Source: a virus (taxonomy: Duplodnaviria; Caudoviricetes). Taken from it: a stretch of 51,501 nucleotides of DNA. The notes beneath the pieces are model-generated. The model was not told the DNA's origin. It did not search any database and saw nothing but the letters and a program-made list of their open reading frames with translations. Each line of letters begins with the position of its first letter. Position 1 is the stretch's first letter. Below are positions 1 to 8,560 of this stretch, one piece after another. Location: positions 1 to 51,501 of the IMG/VR virus record IMGVR_UViG_3300037501_000139. One strand, written 5' to 3'. Made by a program: the position numbers and the translations under genes.

Positions 1-324
1 ATTTTGGGAATATTGAAATGGAAAAGGGGAACAGTGGTTGATCATATCAACGGCAACGGGTTAGATAATCGCAGAGAGAATTTAAGAATCTGCTCCCAAG
101 CTCTGAACTGTGCTAACGCCAAAAAAACCAAGGGAAAGACATCTCGTTTTAAAGGGGTGTTCTGGAACAGGCAAAGTAAAAAATGGTGTGCGCAAATCGG
201 AAATAAGAAAAGGAATCACATCATCGGATATTTTAATTCCGAAGCAAGGGCGGCACAGGCGTATAACCGAAAGGCAAAAGAGTTTTTCGGGGAATTTGCG
301 AGGCTAAATGTTACCCCTGTTTGA
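1..324 (+). CDS. HNH endonuclease with C-terminal AP2 domain (5' part missing; probably continues from the window end)
   Basis: VDHINGNGLDNRRENLRIC HNH motif followed by AP2-like TSRFKGVFWN...WCAQI...IGYFNSEARAAQAYN; frame open from base 1. Confidence 0.9.
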   Translation: MLGILKWKRGTVVDHINGNGLDNRRENLRICSQALNCANAKKTKGKTSRFKGVFWNRQSKKWCAQIGNKKRNHIIGYFNSEARAAQAYNRKAKEFFGEFARLNVTPV

Positions 325-1810
325 ACATCAAAAAAGGGCCGTTGATTTTTTTTCCCAGCGAGGCTTCGTTGGCGCTCTGTACGCCGACATGGGCACGGGC
401 AAGACGCGTACGGCGATTGAGTGTTTCCGGTGTGCACGCGAGCAGCATCCCGAGCTCAAGATGGTTGTAATCGCTCCGCTGTCGCTTCTGGAGGGGGCGT
501 GGGGGCCGGATATCCGGGCGTTCTCGACGTTTACCTACTATAACGCGCATGACCGGTTCCTACCGATGTCAACTATTGACGGCAAGGCGGGGTACCGCGA
601 AGATATATTGCTCATCAACTATGAAGCCATCATCCAGCCGAAGAACAAATACCTGCGGTATCATATCATGGGGAACATGATCGTGTTGGATGAGTCGTCG
701 CGCATGAAGTCGCCGACTACGCAGACCACAAAGATGCTGCTGTCGTTTGCTGAGCTGGCGCGGTTTAAGGTCATCATGTCTGGTACGCCTGCGCCGAACA
801 GCCCGATGGAATATTGGGCGCAGATGGAGTTTTTACAACCGGGGATATTCGGGGCGTTCGGGAAGTTCAGGAATACTTATTTCTACCTCTCACGGGGGAA
901 TCAGATAGTCATGGAGCAGGGGAAGATCAACCCTGCGTTCGTGACGCAGATGTTAAATCAGCGGCGAATAACAGCGGCAGAGGCGAACCTCCTGTTCCGC
1001 GGCATTGTTACGCGTCATCTAGTGGGGAAAATTTTCTCTGTGGGCGCTGAATACAAGATATCGGACGAATCTTTGGCGCAGCTCATGGAGAAAATTAAGC
1101 CGTTGGTGTTCTGGTGCAAAAAGGAAGATTGTCTTGACTTGCCGGATCAGGTGGATGAGGTGCGTATGGTCGAGATGTCTACGGCGCAGAAGAAACACTA
1201 CCGCGACATGGAGCGCGACCTCATTACGGAGATAAACAACACGGCAATCACGGCGCCGGTGGCGTTGACGAAGGCCATGAAACTGCGCGAGATCACGTCC
1301 GGATTTGCGATTGACAACACGGGATGCGAGGTACAAATAGAACCTACCACGCCCGCGAAGATTGCAGAGCTCGGTGAAGTTCTCGAAGACGCAGGCGCGC
1401 AGCAGGCGATCATCTGGGGGTGTTTCCGGTGGGATATCAGGCGCATCGTGGCGTTCCTTGAGGCAAAATACGGTCCTGGGTGTGCTGTGACGATGTTTTC
1501 CGAGACGAAGGATGCACAGGCGTCGATAGACGCGTTCAAGGACGGTACAGCGCGGTTCTTGGTGGCGAACCCGACCAGCGCAGCGCATGGGCTTAACCTG
1601 CAGCATTGCAGCCTACAGGTGTTCTACTCGCTTGATTACAGCTGGGAGAGGTATATACAGGCAAAGGGGAGGATCCATCGCGCTGGGCAGACCGAGAAGT
1701 GCACATATGTGCACCTGATTGCTCGGGGTTCGATTGATGTGGATATCCTCACGTGCCTGCGCGAAAAAGGCGACGTAAATCAGATAGCGTATCGATTAAC
1801 ACAAAAATGA
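308..1810 (+). CDS. SNF2-family DEAD-like helicase
   Basis: DMGTGKT (motif I), LDESS (II), SGTP (III), HGLNL (V), QAKGRIHRAGQ (VI). Confidence 0.93.
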   Translation: MLPLFEHQKRAVDFFSQRGFVGALYADMGTGKTRTAIECFRCAREQHPELKMVVIAPLSLLEGAWGPDIRAFSTFTYYNAHDRFLPMSTIDGKAGYREDILLINYEAIIQPKNKYLRYHIMGNMIVLDESSRMKSPTTQTTKMLLSFAELARFKVIMSGTPAPNSPMEYWAQMEFLQPGIFGAFGKFRNTYFYLSRGNQIVMEQGKINPAFVTQMLNQRRITAAEANLLFRGIVTRHLVGKIFSVGAEYKISDESLAQLMEKIKPLVFWCKKEDCLDLPDQVDEVRMVEMSTAQKKHYRDMERDLITEINNTAITAPVALTKAMKLREITSGFAIDNTGCEVQIEPTTPAKIAELGEVLEDAGAQQAIIWGCFRWDIRRIVAFLEAKYGPGCAVTMFSETKDAQASIDAFKDGTARFLVANPTSAAHGLNLQHCSLQVFYSLDYSWERYIQAKGRIHRAGQTEKCTYVHLIARGSIDVDILTCLREKGDVNQIAYRLTQK

Positions 1811-2115
1811 ACGAATCGCAGCTGACGGCGAAAGTTAAGAAGATGATCCGCCAGGAGTTCCCGGACGTTTGGTTCCAGAAGTTATCCGACCGGTTCACGT
1901 CCGGAATCCTCGATTTGCACCTGTGCTGTTGGGGTGTCTTCGTCGCGATGGAAGGTAAGACGCCGCAGAATAAGAAGCGCGATAAGCTGCAGGAGTTTAA
2001 TATCCTGCAGATCAGGCGCGCAGGCGGGATCGCGGGGATTTATCGTAACGTGGAAGACGCGCGGCAGATGATACTCGAGGCGCGTAAAAAAGCACTTGAC
2101 AGCGCTCGGGGTTGA
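1807..2115 (+). CDS. VRR-NUC (PD-(D/E)XK) nuclease
   Basis: MNESQL..., GILDL, EGKTP, GGIAGIYRNVEDA; ATGA overlap with the helicase stop; usual partner of phage SNF2 helicases. Confidence 0.8.
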   Translation: MNESQLTAKVKKMIRQEFPDVWFQKLSDRFTSGILDLHLCCWGVFVAMEGKTPQNKKRDKLQEFNILQIRRAGGIAGIYRNVEDARQMILEARKKALDSARG

Positions 2116-2123
2116 TGTATCAT
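2096..2123 (+). promoter_or_regulatory. Sigma70-like promoter for the replication operon
   Basis: TTGACA (2096-2101), 16 nt spacer, TATCAT (2118-2123). Confidence 0.55.
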
Positions 2124-2134
2124 AGGGTATAACT

Positions 2135-2267
2135 TTGGGAGAGTTGATATGGGCAGAAAGTATCCAGAACGCAGCGTCGGAAAAACTCCCGGCGCTCTTT
2201 TTTTTATCCGGTCTCGTGCCGCACTCTCCCAAGAGGTTATGCCCAGCGGCGCGGGGCCGGATTTTTT
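2135..2267 (+). promoter_or_regulatory. Structured leader / attenuator with two terminator-like hairpins (c4-antisense-like design)
   Basis: 8-bp stem 2173-2196 plus T8; 17-bp stem 2206-2222/2246-2262 plus T run; loop boxes ACTCTCCCAA and TGCCCA complementary to upstream TTGGGAGAGT (2135) and TGGGCA (2150). Confidence 0.6.
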
Positions 2268-2292
2268 GTGTTAGAGGGAGGAGGTGAGACAA

Positions 2293-2697
2293 ATGAGTGA
2301 GATAACCGAGCTCGACTTGGTCAAAAAGTTCCGCGACGCCAAGCTCGCAAAAGACGCCGCGGAGGCGGCGATGGAGCAGGCGCAGGCGGAGTACGACGCG
2401 ACTGAGTCTGAGTTGATTGAGCTCTTGGAAGCGAAGGGCGCGACGAAGACGGCCGAGTATGATGGCGTCGGACACGTGACTTTGCTCAAACCGCAGCTTT
2501 ACGCCTCGGTCAAGAAAGAAAATACGCCATTGCTCTTGACGTTCCTGCGCGAGATCGGCAGGGCTGAGATGATAAAGGAGGCGGTAAACTCCAAGACTCT
2601 ATCGAGCTTCGTAGCGGATCGCGTGAAGCAGGGAGAGGGAGTACCTGAATTCATCGGGTACTATTTGAAATCAAGCGCCAGATTTTATGGCAAATAA
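2293..2697 (+). CDS. Conserved phage replication-region protein (coiled-coil N-terminus)
   Basis: Strong GGAGG SD; ORF lies between the leader and the SSB-like gene. Confidence 0.6.
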   Translation: MSEITELDLVKKFRDAKLAKDAAEAAMEQAQAEYDATESELIELLEAKGATKTAEYDGVGHVTLLKPQLYASVKKENTPLLLTFLREIGRAEMIKEAVNSKTLSSFVADRVKQGEGVPEFIGYYLKSSARFYGK

Positions 2698-2708
2698 CGG
2701 AGGCTATC

Positions 2709-3470
2709 ATGGCTGATGATGTTAAGGATCTGGATGTAAAGAAGCAGCAGGCAGTGGGATTTGTCGCAGGGGCGCGCAAGGGGTTCGAGGAGCCGACCGA
2801 CAAGGAAGACTTGCTCATACCGCGCGCCACGCTGTTGCAGGCGCTCTCACCGGAGGTCGTTAAAGGGGCAAAGGATCCGGCTACGCAGCTGGACCTTAAG
2901 CCCGGGATGATCATCAATTCGCTCACCAAGGAGATCCTGCCAAGCGAGTTCATCCCGATATTCAAATTCACCAATTGGATCAGGTTCAATCCGCGCAATA
3001 CCAAGGACCCCGCATACGACGCCGCATACGGCCCGGGCGAGGTCATCTGGCGGACTAACGATCCGCTGGATCCGCGCGTCATCGAGGAGTCGAAGTTCGG
3101 CGCAGACGGCACACCGCCTCTGGCGACGAAGTTTTTGAGCTTCTTCTCGGTGTTCAAGGGCGTCGGAATGCCGGTGGTGGTTTCGTTCTCCAAGACGAGC
3201 TTCAAGGCGGGCAAGAGATTGCTCTCGCTGGCACAGTTCGCGGCAAAAGATAACCAGCCTCTGGATATGTTCGGGATGCGGTATGCGTTGTCGAGCGTTC
3301 AGGAAACAAACCCCGCAGGGCAGATGTACTTCGTGCTCGACGTGAAGCAGCTCGGATATACGGAGGGTGTCGAGCTCGCGCAGGCTGCGGCGACGTGGGA
3401 GCGGTTCCACGATAAGACGTTACAGGTGCATGAGGAAGCGCCTGCGGCGGAGGCCGCGGACGGGATATAA
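2709..3470 (+). CDS. Putative ssDNA-binding / recombination-associated protein
   Basis: EDLLIPRATLLQALSPEV motif typical of phage replication-module proteins; acidic C-terminus; upstream of the primase. Confidence 0.5.
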   Translation: MADDVKDLDVKKQQAVGFVAGARKGFEEPTDKEDLLIPRATLLQALSPEVVKGAKDPATQLDLKPGMIINSLTKEILPSEFIPIFKFTNWIRFNPRNTKDPAYDAAYGPGEVIWRTNDPLDPRVIEESKFGADGTPPLATKFLSFFSVFKGVGMPVVVSFSKTSFKAGKRLLSLAQFAAKDNQPLDMFGMRYALSSVQETNPAGQMYFVLDVKQLGYTEGVELAQAAATWERFHDKTLQVHEEAPAAEAADGI

Positions 3471-3547
3471 TCCTCAACCCGGCTTACGCGTTCCCGGGTG
3501 ATCAAGAACGCGTATTTCCTACCGTACATCTCTTTTGAGGAGAGAAG

Positions 3548-6049
3548 ATGACTTCAATATACGAATTTATTACAGAAAGCGGAAGGCTGTCCGACTCGCA
3601 CAGAGAAGAGCTGCGATCGAAGCGCGGGTTTACGGACGAAACAATCACGAAATGCAGATTTTTCTCCGGTGGGAAGTACCTGCTGGAGATAGAGCAGCGG
3701 ATCATCGCGGATCACGCGCGTGAGGAGCTTCTCGAGTCTGGTGTATGCGTAGCCTCGGGCAAGGGACTTACGATGTCTCCGGCGCTTTTGGATGATCGTA
3801 TTATTATCCCCTACCTCAATGCTGCAGGGCACGCGTACCTTATCCGGCCGCACAAGCTGGGCCTGTCCTCGGTCCCGGTTGAGATTTACTGTCCGCAGTG
3901 GGAGATGCGGGGAAATCTCATATTGACCGAGGGCGAGTTCAAAGCTGCGGCCGCGGCGCAGATAGGAATACCGGCAATCGCCATTCCGGGCATTAGCTCT
4001 TTCTCGAAGGATAACTTCGGACGGTTGGTTAAATTTCTGGGTGATCAGAAGGTGCGCGACGTCTGCATTATCTTCGATAACGAGGTCAAAGACGACCCGA
4101 AGTTCAAGAATTATAAGGAGAACCCGGCCGATCGGCACGACACGGCGTTCTACGCGTACCTAATGGCACGGCAGCTCGACAAGGAGGGCTTCCACGCGCA
4201 GATCGGGACGCTGCCGGACTCATGGCGCGTAAACGGCAAGGCCGACATCGATGGCGCATTGGCGATAGGCAAGACGCGCGAGGACTTGGGCGGGGTGGTC
4301 ATGTCATCGAAGGCAGCGAAGGAGTACGTTGCGGAGCTGCCGAAGGAGGCGCAGACGGTTATCCGGCGCAAGATGAGCTTGAAGTACTTCAAGTCGCACA
4401 TACGCAGGGAGTTTGGGAAGTACGTGGCCACGCGCCGGCGCGGCAAGACCGAGTGGGATGAGGAGATATCTAATTTCACGATCAAGGTCTTGGCCACACA
4501 CGAGACAGCGGAGGGGCTCATCCGCGAGGTACAGTTCATCAACGAGTTTGGCGATCACTCGCATTCGTGTTACGCCATCAAGGCCGAGGACATGGGTGGC
4601 GCGGAGGGGTTCAGACGGTTCTGTTTCGAGCATGGTAATTTCATCTGGCGCGGACAGCTCGATGACCTTCTCAACATTTGGGAAGGTCTTTTTCTTGAGG
4701 ACGACGGCAGGCATATCATTGAGCCGGATCATATTGGGTGGATTGAGTCGGAGGGGCTGTGGGTCTTCGGCAACGTGGCCGTGGATAAAGATGGCAAGGA
4801 GATGCGACCGGATAAGAACCACATCTTCTGGATGGAAAAGAAAGGAATCAAGCCAATTTCGATTGGCGTGACGACGGGTAAAGGCCAGATAGCGGAGGGG
4901 TTGCCGTATATATCTCTTCTGCCGTGTGACATCGTGGAGGTGCGCAAGCGGCTGGCGGACACGATCGGGGAAATAGAGGCTGTGAAATGCCTCGGGTGGG
5001 TGTCGGCCATACCTTACATGGAGGATATTTATGAAAAATACGGATGTTTTCCGTTTCTCTTTGTCACGGGGAGGACGGGGTCTGGCAAGACCACCGTGGC
5101 CGAGTGGGTCGATAACTTTTTCGGGATCGAGAATGCCGGGAAATCGATATCACAGACTACGGTTGTTGCTATCCAGCGCTCGTTGGGATACTATTCGAGT
5201 CTGCCGGTCTTCCTCGACGAGTTCAGGAATACAGCGGATATTGCTTTCAAGACCGGGTTTCTCCGTAATGTATATAACCGCCAATCCTCTGGGAAAGGGA
5301 TTAAGGCAAATTTTGGAATCCGCGAGGCGAAAGTGCGCGGGACGCTCATCATCGCGGGTGAGGAGACGCCGAACGACAACGCGATACTAAACCGCAGCAT
5401 ACTCGTTGAGGTCATTAAGAAGAACCGTGTTATGAACCATTACGACTGGTTCCAGAAGCACAAAGAGACGTTCTCGTGGCATATATTCAACCTGATCAAG
5501 CAGAAACCGGTGCAACGGGAGATGTTCATGCGGGTGGTGGCGGAGGCGCGGGATTACCTCACGAAGCATCAAGGTGTCGATGACCGCACCGCGGTCAACC
5601 ACGCGATACTGTGCGGTGGACATGCCATCACGTTTGGGGAGAAAGACCCGGCGTTCGTAGATTCGATTATCGCAGAGGCAAAAAAGACGAATACGGATTA
5701 CCAGCGGGATAACTTGATTCACACGTTCATATCGGACCTGCAGGTTATGGCGCACGCCGGCGGGTTAAAAGATAAGTATTGGGCCGTGGAAGATGGTCAG
5801 TTGTATATATATTTTGAGGGGCTGTATAATATATGGGCCGCAGACGCGCGCAGACGTGGGATAGATCCATTCAAGAGCTCTTCGGTGCGCGGATACTTGA
5901 GGGAGGAGCCGGGGTTCGTTGTTATGGGGAAAAAGATGCGTATCGGAGGTTTTCCGCGCAATTGCGTGGTATTTGACTATGACTCCTGCGGGGAAGGGTT
6001 GCAGGACCTCGTGGCCGCGGCGCAGGAGGCCGTTCCGGTTGAAGGATAA
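3548..6049 (+). CDS. Primase-helicase (TOPRIM/DUF3854-like plus P-loop ATPase)
   Basis: LTEGEFKA and IIFDNE...ADIDG TOPRIM motifs; Walker A GRTGSGKTT; Walker B VFLDE. Confidence 0.85.
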   Translation: MTSIYEFITESGRLSDSHREELRSKRGFTDETITKCRFFSGGKYLLEIEQRIIADHAREELLESGVCVASGKGLTMSPALLDDRIIIPYLNAAGHAYLIRPHKLGLSSVPVEIYCPQWEMRGNLILTEGEFKAAAAAQIGIPAIAIPGISSFSKDNFGRLVKFLGDQKVRDVCIIFDNEVKDDPKFKNYKENPADRHDTAFYAYLMARQLDKEGFHAQIGTLPDSWRVNGKADIDGALAIGKTREDLGGVVMSSKAAKEYVAELPKEAQTVIRRKMSLKYFKSHIRREFGKYVATRRRGKTEWDEEISNFTIKVLATHETAEGLIREVQFINEFGDHSHSCYAIKAEDMGGAEGFRRFCFEHGNFIWRGQLDDLLNIWEGLFLEDDGRHIIEPDHIGWIESEGLWVFGNVAVDKDGKEMRPDKNHIFWMEKKGIKPISIGVTTGKGQIAEGLPYISLLPCDIVEVRKRLADTIGEIEAVKCLGWVSAIPYMEDIYEKYGCFPFLFVTGRTGSGKTTVAEWVDNFFGIENAGKSISQTTVVAIQRSLGYYSSLPVFLDEFRNTADIAFKTGFLRNVYNRQSSGKGIKANFGIREAKVRGTLIIAGEETPNDNAILNRSILVEVIKKNRVMNHYDWFQKHKETFSWHIFNLIKQKPVQREMFMRVVAEARDYLTKHQGVDDRTAVNHAILCGGHAITFGEKDPAFVDSIIAEAKKTNTDYQRDNLIHTFISDLQVMAHAGGLKDKYWAVEDGQLYIYFEGLYNIWAADARRRGIDPFKSSSVRGYLREEPGFVVMGKKMRIGGFPRNCVVFDYDSCGEGLQDLVAAAQEAVPVEG

Positions 6050-6306
6050 AACGTTCTGGTTGTGTTCCGGTAGCACCGGAACACTTTACCGATTGATAGT
6101 GTTGGGGTTATGTAAAACGTTCCGGTGTTCCGGTAGTATGCAATGGTTTACGACAAGAATCGTGGTGGGGCGCCGATGTTACGATTCGATTGCGCGCAGA
6201 CTTACATGCGTAGGGGAGCCGGAACAACCGGAACACCGGAACAAGTGTTGTGCCGCACAGGGTTAGGCGTTCCGGTTTGAGAAGCGTTCCGGTCGCGAAC
6301 CGGAAC
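6032..6306. repeat. Cluster of about 12 GTTCCGGT/ACCGGAAC octamers; putative replication origin
   Basis: Forward copies at 6032, 6053 (1 mismatch), 6064, 6119, 6127, 6269, 6286; reverse copies at 6075, 6218 (1 mismatch), 6227, 6235, 6299; directly after the primase-helicase. Confidence 0.75.
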
Positions 6307-6321
6307 AGATTGGGAGGTGAA

Positions 6322-6612
6322 ATGTTTGAGGAGAAGGTAGCGGCGGTCGCGGAGCAGCAGTCATCATGCATGGATTTTATCGATTTATTCGTGAAATTTC
6401 GTGCGGACGTGGAAAAGTTCGCAGACATACGCACTCCAGAGGAGCGCATCCGGATGCGCAAGTTCGAGGCGCGCGTGGATGCCGCTTGGCTCGCACTGTT
6501 ACAAGAGGAGAGAGATTTAGTCGCGGAGAATCTGATACATAAAGGGCTGCTCCCCGCAGAGGTCAAAGATATCATGCGGGTTTTCCAAGCAAAGGTGGTG
6601 AGCATAAGATGA
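6322..6612 (+). CDS. Hypothetical protein
   Basis: GGAGG SD before ATG 6322; ATGA coupling to the ACP gene. Confidence 0.6.
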   Translation: MFEEKVAAVAEQQSSCMDFIDLFVKFRADVEKFADIRTPEERIRMRKFEARVDAAWLALLQEERDLVAENLIHKGLLPAEVKDIMRVFQAKVVSIR

Positions 6613-6848
6613 TTGCAGAACGCGTGCAGAAGATCGTGAGCGATTACCTCGGTTGTTCAGTCATGGACGTTAAGCTCGAGTCTGACTTGCGCGAGGATCT
6701 GGGGGCGGATTCCCTGGACTTGATTGAGCTTACCATGGCCATGGAGGAGGAGTTCGATATCGAGATCCCGGACGCCGATGCCGAGAAGATGAAGACCATG
6801 GGGGATGTCGTGTCGTATATTGAGGAGAAGAAAAATGCCAAAACTTAG
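6609..6848 (+). CDS. acpP: Acyl carrier protein
   Basis: DLGADSLDLIELTMAMEEEFDIEIPDADAEK: canonical ACP with an intact phosphopantetheine-attachment DSL serine. Confidence 0.95.
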   Translation: MIAERVQKIVSDYLGCSVMDVKLESDLREDLGADSLDLIELTMAMEEEFDIEIPDADAEKMKTMGDVVSYIEEKKNAKT

Positions 6849-7184
6849 CAAGGATCAGGTAGACTCAAAATAAAGAGTATGCGGTCAGAAGGACAGTCTG
6901 TCCGAGATATAGTAGATAGTTTTAAAGCGGGGGGCGTCGATATAACCCCGGCGCGGGTGTACGCCATGTGTCCCGGCCGCCACAAGAAACCCTCGCGCGC
7001 GGAAAAACCTCGGATGGAAGATATTAAAGAAGAGAATATCATCAAGGTCATAAGGGGTATGATCCATGATATCCATGACGGGTATCAGCAGATATTCAAA
7101 CACTTGCGACTCGAGTTGATTAAGTCCCGTGCGCAGGTACACAATATGATGCGCGGCGCCGGGATTAAGGTTGGCGATGAATAA
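6835..7184 (+). CDS. HTH-like DNA-binding protein, possibly frameshifted near the 5' end
   Basis: MPKLSKDQVD (ATG 6835) stops at TAA 6871-6873, but another frame continues KIKSMRSEGQSVRDIV...ARVY; an alternative intact start lies at 6879-6888. Confidence 0.5.
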
Positions 7185-7311
7185 ACTATTTCCCGTGGCA
7201 CTGATTGTACTCGACTTCGCGGCATGTGTGGTATACGCGTGCTGTGGGGATGTGCGCCGCGCGATTTACTGGGCTGCGGCAGGCGTGTTGACGTTAACGG
7301 TTACGTTCTAA
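7177..7311 (+). CDS. 44-aa two-TM membrane protein (not in the ORF track)
   Basis: MNKLFPVALIVLDFAACVVYACCGDVRRAIYWAAAGVLTLTVTF; exactly fills the gap between its neighbours. Confidence 0.7.
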   Translation: MNKLFPVALIVLDFAACVVYACCGDVRRAIYWAAAGVLTLTVTF

Positions 7312-7320
7312 GGAGGAAAG

Positions 7321-7590
7321 ATGATACAGCCACTTGGTTCAAATGTCGTTGTGAAGCGCATCATACAGGATTCAGTCGGCGGCATACATTTGCCGGATAA
7401 AGCAAACAAGAAGATCGAACTCATCGCGGTCGCCGTGGGCCCGGACGTCAAGACGATTCAGGTCAACGACTCCATCATCTGCATGCCGACAGATTGCATG
7501 TTTTTTGTCGGATGGTCTGGGGTGGACGAGGCGTTTGGGATCGTGCTTGAGGAAAAAATAAGGGGGAAAATATGTCCGACGTTAAGTTAA
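7321..7590 (+). CDS. GroES-like co-chaperonin
   Basis: IQPLGSNVVVKR, mobile-loop GGIHLPD, VAVGP; AGGAGG SD. Confidence 0.85.
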   Translation: MIQPLGSNVVVKRIIQDSVGGIHLPDKANKKIELIAVAVGPDVKTIQVNDSIICMPTDCMFFVGWSGVDEAFGIVLEEKIRGKICPTLS

Positions 7591-7796
7591 TGCGTGCCAA
7601 GGCGACAGGGTTTCGTGATTCCATCGACGAGTTGGTGTATTACCTCGCGTGTCTGGGGACACTCGGCGCGGCGTATGTGATCAGGATCATCATAACGACA
7701 GCGATACGCAAGGCAGGGTATCCGTCGGCCATGAATTACACAACGAGCTTTAGTGGAGGAAGCACCCGGGTCAATTGCCCGGCAACAAAGGAGTGA
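7572..7796 (+). CDS. Hypothetical membrane protein
   Basis: One hydrophobic segment; overlaps the upstream gene. Confidence 0.5.
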   Translation: MSDVKLMRAKATGFRDSIDELVYYLACLGTLGAAYVIRIIITTAIRKAGYPSAMNYTTSFSGGSTRVNCPATKE

Positions 7797-7799
7797 GGC

Positions 7800-8108
7800 A
7801 TGAGAGTATTTGTATTGACGGCGGCATTCGTTCTGGTGGGCGTATTCGCAGTACAGGCAAACGAGGTTCACAGGTCCTGTGAGCGGACAACCATTTCCAA
7901 CACCTACATCACCAACAACATGGAAACGGATGATCAGTACAGAAAGTTCAGGGCGTATGTGGGCGGGGATTTGAGGTTCTTGGAGTTGTCCGATAACATC
8001 GGGCTAGAAGCTCAATACAGATTTTCTCCGGAATGGGATAACGCAAAGGAAGAACACAGGGTAGGCCTTGTAGCAAAATTCGATATAACTGGCGGAGAAA
8101 AGAAATAG
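7800..8108 (+). CDS. Secreted protein with amphipathic beta-strands (small outer-membrane-protein-like)
   Basis: Signal peptide ending VQA; AYVGGDLRF, IGLEAQYRF, HRVGLVAKFDI. Confidence 0.5.
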   Translation: MRVFVLTAAFVLVGVFAVQANEVHRSCERTTISNTYITNNMETDDQYRKFRAYVGGDLRFLELSDNIGLEAQYRFSPEWDNAKEEHRVGLVAKFDITGGEKK

Positions 8109-8128
8109 TATTTACTTGCAGGCGTACC

Positions 8129-8249
8129 GTAGCATCGTTAAAATGGCTACACAGGGCGCAAATCGAGCACCGATACGTCGGGGGTAAAAGCTCGACACCC
8201 TAGCAAGCCGAGGCTGGGGACTAAAATTGGAATAGACGTCGTTGCTAGG
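8129..8249 (+). ncRNA. Candidate structured intergenic RNA 1
   Basis: Stems GTAGC/GCTAC, TCGAGC/GCTCGA, CCGA-TACG-TCGG (UNCG loop), CCTAGCAA/TTGCTAGG; no credible ORF; strand assumed from neighbours. Confidence 0.4.
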
Positions 8250-8298
8250 TAAAAGGGACTAACTAATCTCGCGGGGAGTGAAAGGGAGGGAGAAGGAG

Positions 8299-8559
8299 AT
8301 GCGGACAATCTGGAAATATGAATTTTCACCTACAGCAGATATCCAAGAATTTGAAATGCCAGGCGGAGCAATACCCTTGTGCGTAAATATGCAGGGAGAT
8401 AAAGTCTGTATGTGGTGTCAGGTTTTAACCACGAATCCAGTGGTGAAAAGAAAATTTTGCGTTGTAGGGACTGGGCATGAAAAACCAGAAGGATGCGGTG
8501 TGTATATTGGAAGCGTATTCCCACACCCATTTGTATGGCATATTTTTACCTATAAGTGA
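8299..8559 (+). CDS. Small conserved phage protein (MRTIWKY family)
   Basis: MRTIWKYEF...VGTGH...YIGSV...FVWHIF pattern common in phages. Confidence 0.7.
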   Translation: MRTIWKYEFSPTADIQEFEMPGGAIPLCVNMQGDKVCMWCQVLTTNPVVKRKFCVVGTGHEKPEGCGVYIGSVFPHPFVWHIFTYK

Positions 8560-8560
8560 A

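Noticed and set aside
6032-6306. CRISPR array
   Set aside because: Repeats are only 8 bp, in both orientations and irregularly spaced; no cas genes.
8110-8270. Possible tRNA (e.g. tRNA-Ser to support the poly-Ser load)
   Set aside because: No T-loop GTTCRA, no proper acceptor stem or CCA; kept only as a generic structured RNA candidate.
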